64,000 nucleotides of DNA, from the NCBI GenBank assembly GCA_034428375.1, contig DAOUHT010000144.1:1742-65741 (forward strand), in the 5' to 3' direction. This stretch comes from Dehalococcoidia bacterium. GTDB taxonomy: Bacteria; Chloroflexota; Dehalococcoidia; Lucifugimonadales; Australimonadaceae. Below are positions 62,354-64,000 of the stretch, in pieces (position 1 is the stretch's first letter; each line of letters opens with the position of its first letter). A program made the translations under genes and the position numbers. The notes beneath the pieces are model-generated. The model worked only from the letters and a program-made list of their open reading frames with translations. It ran no database searches and was not told the origin of the DNA.

Positions 62354-63016
62354 ATGGCTCACCAGGTAGCCGTCATCGGCATGGGCAGGTTCGGTATGAG
62401 CCTGGCGCGCGAACTGTACCGCGTCGGCCACGACGTGCTGGCCGTCGACAGGGACGAGTCCCTCACCCAGGTGATGATGGGGCAGGTCACTTATTCTGTA
62501 ACGGGTGACTCCACTTCCATGGAATTCCTGGAAGAAGTAGGCATCCGCAACTTCGACACCGCCGCCGTCGCCATCGGGACCGATATCCAGTCCAGCGTGC
62601 TTACGACCGTGCTCCTGAAACAGACCTTTGCGGTGCCACTGGTGATGGCGCGCGCCATCAGCGACATTCACGGCAAGACACTCTCCGCAGTGGGAGCTGA
62701 CCGCGTCGTCTACCCTGAGCAGGAAACCGGGCTGCGCGCGGCGCACAGCCTCTTCCAGCGCGACGTGCTGGAGTACATGGAACTCGCCGGGGGATTCGGG
62801 TTCAGCAAGGTAAGCGTCCCCGCGGACATGATTGGACTGTCGTTGGAGCAGGCAGGACTGAGCACGGCCCGGGACAGATATGGCGCGGCGGTCGTTGCCA
62901 TTCGCCGGGGCCGCGAGCCCATCCTCTCTCCATCCAAGGACGAAGTGCTGCAGGAAGACGACCTCCTCGTCCTCGCGGGCAGGGAGGACACGCTCGAACG
63001 CTTCGGGCTGCAATAG
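62354..63016 (+). CDS. trkA: Trk/Ktr system RCK protein (TrkA-N plus TrkA-C, KtrA-like)
   Basis: VAVIGMGRFGMSLAREL Rossmann motif and a C-terminal RCK_C region (DDLLVLAGRE). Confidence 0.85.
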   Translation: MAHQVAVIGMGRFGMSLARELYRVGHDVLAVDRDESLTQVMMGQVTYSVTGDSTSMEFLEEVGIRNFDTAAVAIGTDIQSSVLTTVLLKQTFAVPLVMARAISDIHGKTLSAVGADRVVYPEQETGLRAAHSLFQRDVLEYMELAGGFGFSKVSVPADMIGLSLEQAGLSTARDRYGAAVVAIRRGREPILSPSKDEVLQEDDLLVLAGREDTLERFGLQ

Positions 63017-63018
63017 GC

Positions 63019-63471
63019 ATGGCAGACATCAAGCGCGCTCTCGCACTGGTCACCGGCACTCCTATGGACAAGGCGGTCGTCTCCATCGCGTGCGACCTCG
63101 TTCGTCCCCATAGGGGGCAGGTCTGGGCGCTCTACGTTATAGAGGTCGGGCGGAAGCTGCCCCTGGACGCGGAGCTACCGAACGAGACCGCACGCGGCGA
63201 GCACCTGCTCCAGCGCATGGAGGCGTTCGGGCGATCGCTCAAGTGCAAGGTGGAGGGCGACATCCTGCAGGCCAGGGACACGGGCCCTGCCATCGTACGT
63301 GAAGCAGCCGACCGCCAGACCGACGTCATCGTCGCCGGCATGCCCTACACCGAGCGGTACGGCAGTCCGTCGATCGGGGAGATGGTGCCGTACGTTCTGC
63401 GTTACAGCCACTGCCGCGTCATCGTCTACCGCGACCAGCAACCCGATCCGATACCGGACGGTTCCTCATGA
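63019..63471 (+). CDS. universal stress protein family
   Basis: 150 aa with a UspA-like fold pattern (ALVTGTPMDKAVVSIA ... DVIVAGMP ... GEMVPYVLRYSHCRVIVY). Confidence 0.7.
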   Translation: MADIKRALALVTGTPMDKAVVSIACDLVRPHRGQVWALYVIEVGRKLPLDAELPNETARGEHLLQRMEAFGRSLKCKVEGDILQARDTGPAIVREAADRQTDVIVAGMPYTERYGSPSIGEMVPYVLRYSHCRVIVYRDQQPDPIPDGSS

Positions 63472-63872
63472 CACGCCACGTGATGATCGTCGGCTGCGGC
63501 AGGCTCGGGGCGACCGCCGCGACCGCGCTGCTCGACCGCGGAGACCGCGTCACCATACTCGACACGGACGCGGAGAATTTCCGGCGCTTGCGCCCGCGGA
63601 ACCGGCTCAGCATGTACGTCGGCGACGGCACGTCTCATGAGGTGCTGCGCCGCACCGGCATCGAGTCCGTCGGCGCGTTCATCGCCGCCACGGGACGGGA
63701 CACCACCAACGCGCTCGCCGCGCAATCGGCCCGCACGACATTCGGCATCCAGCACGTGGTCTGCCGGATCAACGACCCCGCCAGGAGCGTGATGTACGAG
63801 CAATTGGGCCTCACTACTTTGAACCCGAACCAGTTCCTCGTGGCACTCGTCCTCCACGCGATGGAGGAGTAG
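63468..63872 (+). CDS. TrkA-N (RCK N-terminal, NAD-binding) domain-only protein
   Basis: VMIVGCGRLGATAATAL Rossmann motif. 134 aa. The ATGA start overlaps the usp stop. Confidence 0.75.
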   Translation: MTRHVMIVGCGRLGATAATALLDRGDRVTILDTDAENFRRLRPRNRLSMYVGDGTSHEVLRRTGIESVGAFIAATGRDTTNALAAQSARTTFGIQHVVCRINDPARSVMYEQLGLTTLNPNQFLVALVLHAMEE

Positions 63873-63875
63873 CCG

Positions 63876-64000
63876 ATGTACGTCATCGTCGTCGGAGCAG
63901 GCAAGATCGGGTTCTACCTCACTCGTGAGCTTCTCTCCGCGAGCCACGAGGTGACGCTCATCGAACGCGACGCCCGCGTCAGCGCCACGGCGGCAGAGGA
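63876..64000 (+). CDS. TrkA-N domain protein, 5-prime part only (runs off the window)
   Basis: MYVIVVGAGKIGFYLTRELL Rossmann start. Confidence 0.7.
   Translation, partial: MYVIVVGAGKIGFYLTRELLSASHEVTLIERDARVSATAAE

Overview
High-GC bacterial chromosomal window. I call about 62 protein-coding genes and one tRNA-Val. Lipoprotein signals with Pro/Thr-rich linkers, a sortase and a short EF-Ts suggest a monoderm, Chloroflexota-like lineage, but this is low confidence.

Gene content, in order:
- 1-9.8 kb (minus strand): the conserved block rpsB-tsf-pyrH-frr-uppS-cdsA-(cytochrome c)-dxr-rseP-ispG.
- 10-20.3 kb: apt, a thiolase, then rpoB-rpoC.
- 20.4-22.3 kb: ctaB-ctaA plus a small COX2-TM-like gene.
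- 22.5-25.6 kb: two dienelactone hydrolase paralogues and a flavoprotein disulfide reductase.
- 26.2-28.8 kb: menB and menA, separated by an AT-richer two-gene cassette (DUF5678-like gene plus a frameshifted retropepsin-like gene).
- 28.9-31.9 kb: a PIN toxin with two tandem antitoxin copies, then a 693-aa vWA protein.
- 32.1-39.6 kb: a form-II coxG/coxSLM/coxD/coxE cluster.
- 39.6-50.9 kb: a TctA-TctB fusion, an OCD-VOC-ADH-NAD-dependent formate dehydrogenase block, and an NCS2 permease with an extra tail.
- 51.3-53.4 kb: a large BIg2/HExxH lipoprotein.
- 55-57.6 kb: a sortase and two thioredoxin-fold lipoprotein genes.
- 58.3-64 kb: an orphan coxS-coxM pair, cysK, and a K+ uptake cluster with several RCK paralogues.

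Most notable observation: the two tandem thioredoxin-fold lipoprotein genes (55869-56753 and 56945-57577) are each interrupted by an in-frame TGA exactly where the first Cys of the WCxxC motif should be. Each TGA is followed by a hairpin at the same offset. They are strong candidates for unannotated UxxC selenoproteins.

Other points:
- Intergenic DNA carries at least four families of short REP-like repeats, with a 700-bp repeat island at 57.6-58.3 kb.
- Several promoters share an extended -10 motif, TGCTAnnnT.
- Three promoters sit 6-7 nt from their ATG, which implies leaderless mRNAs.

No rRNA, CRISPR array, transposase or integrase was seen. Many long ORFs in the track are antisense shadows typical of high-GC DNA and were not called.
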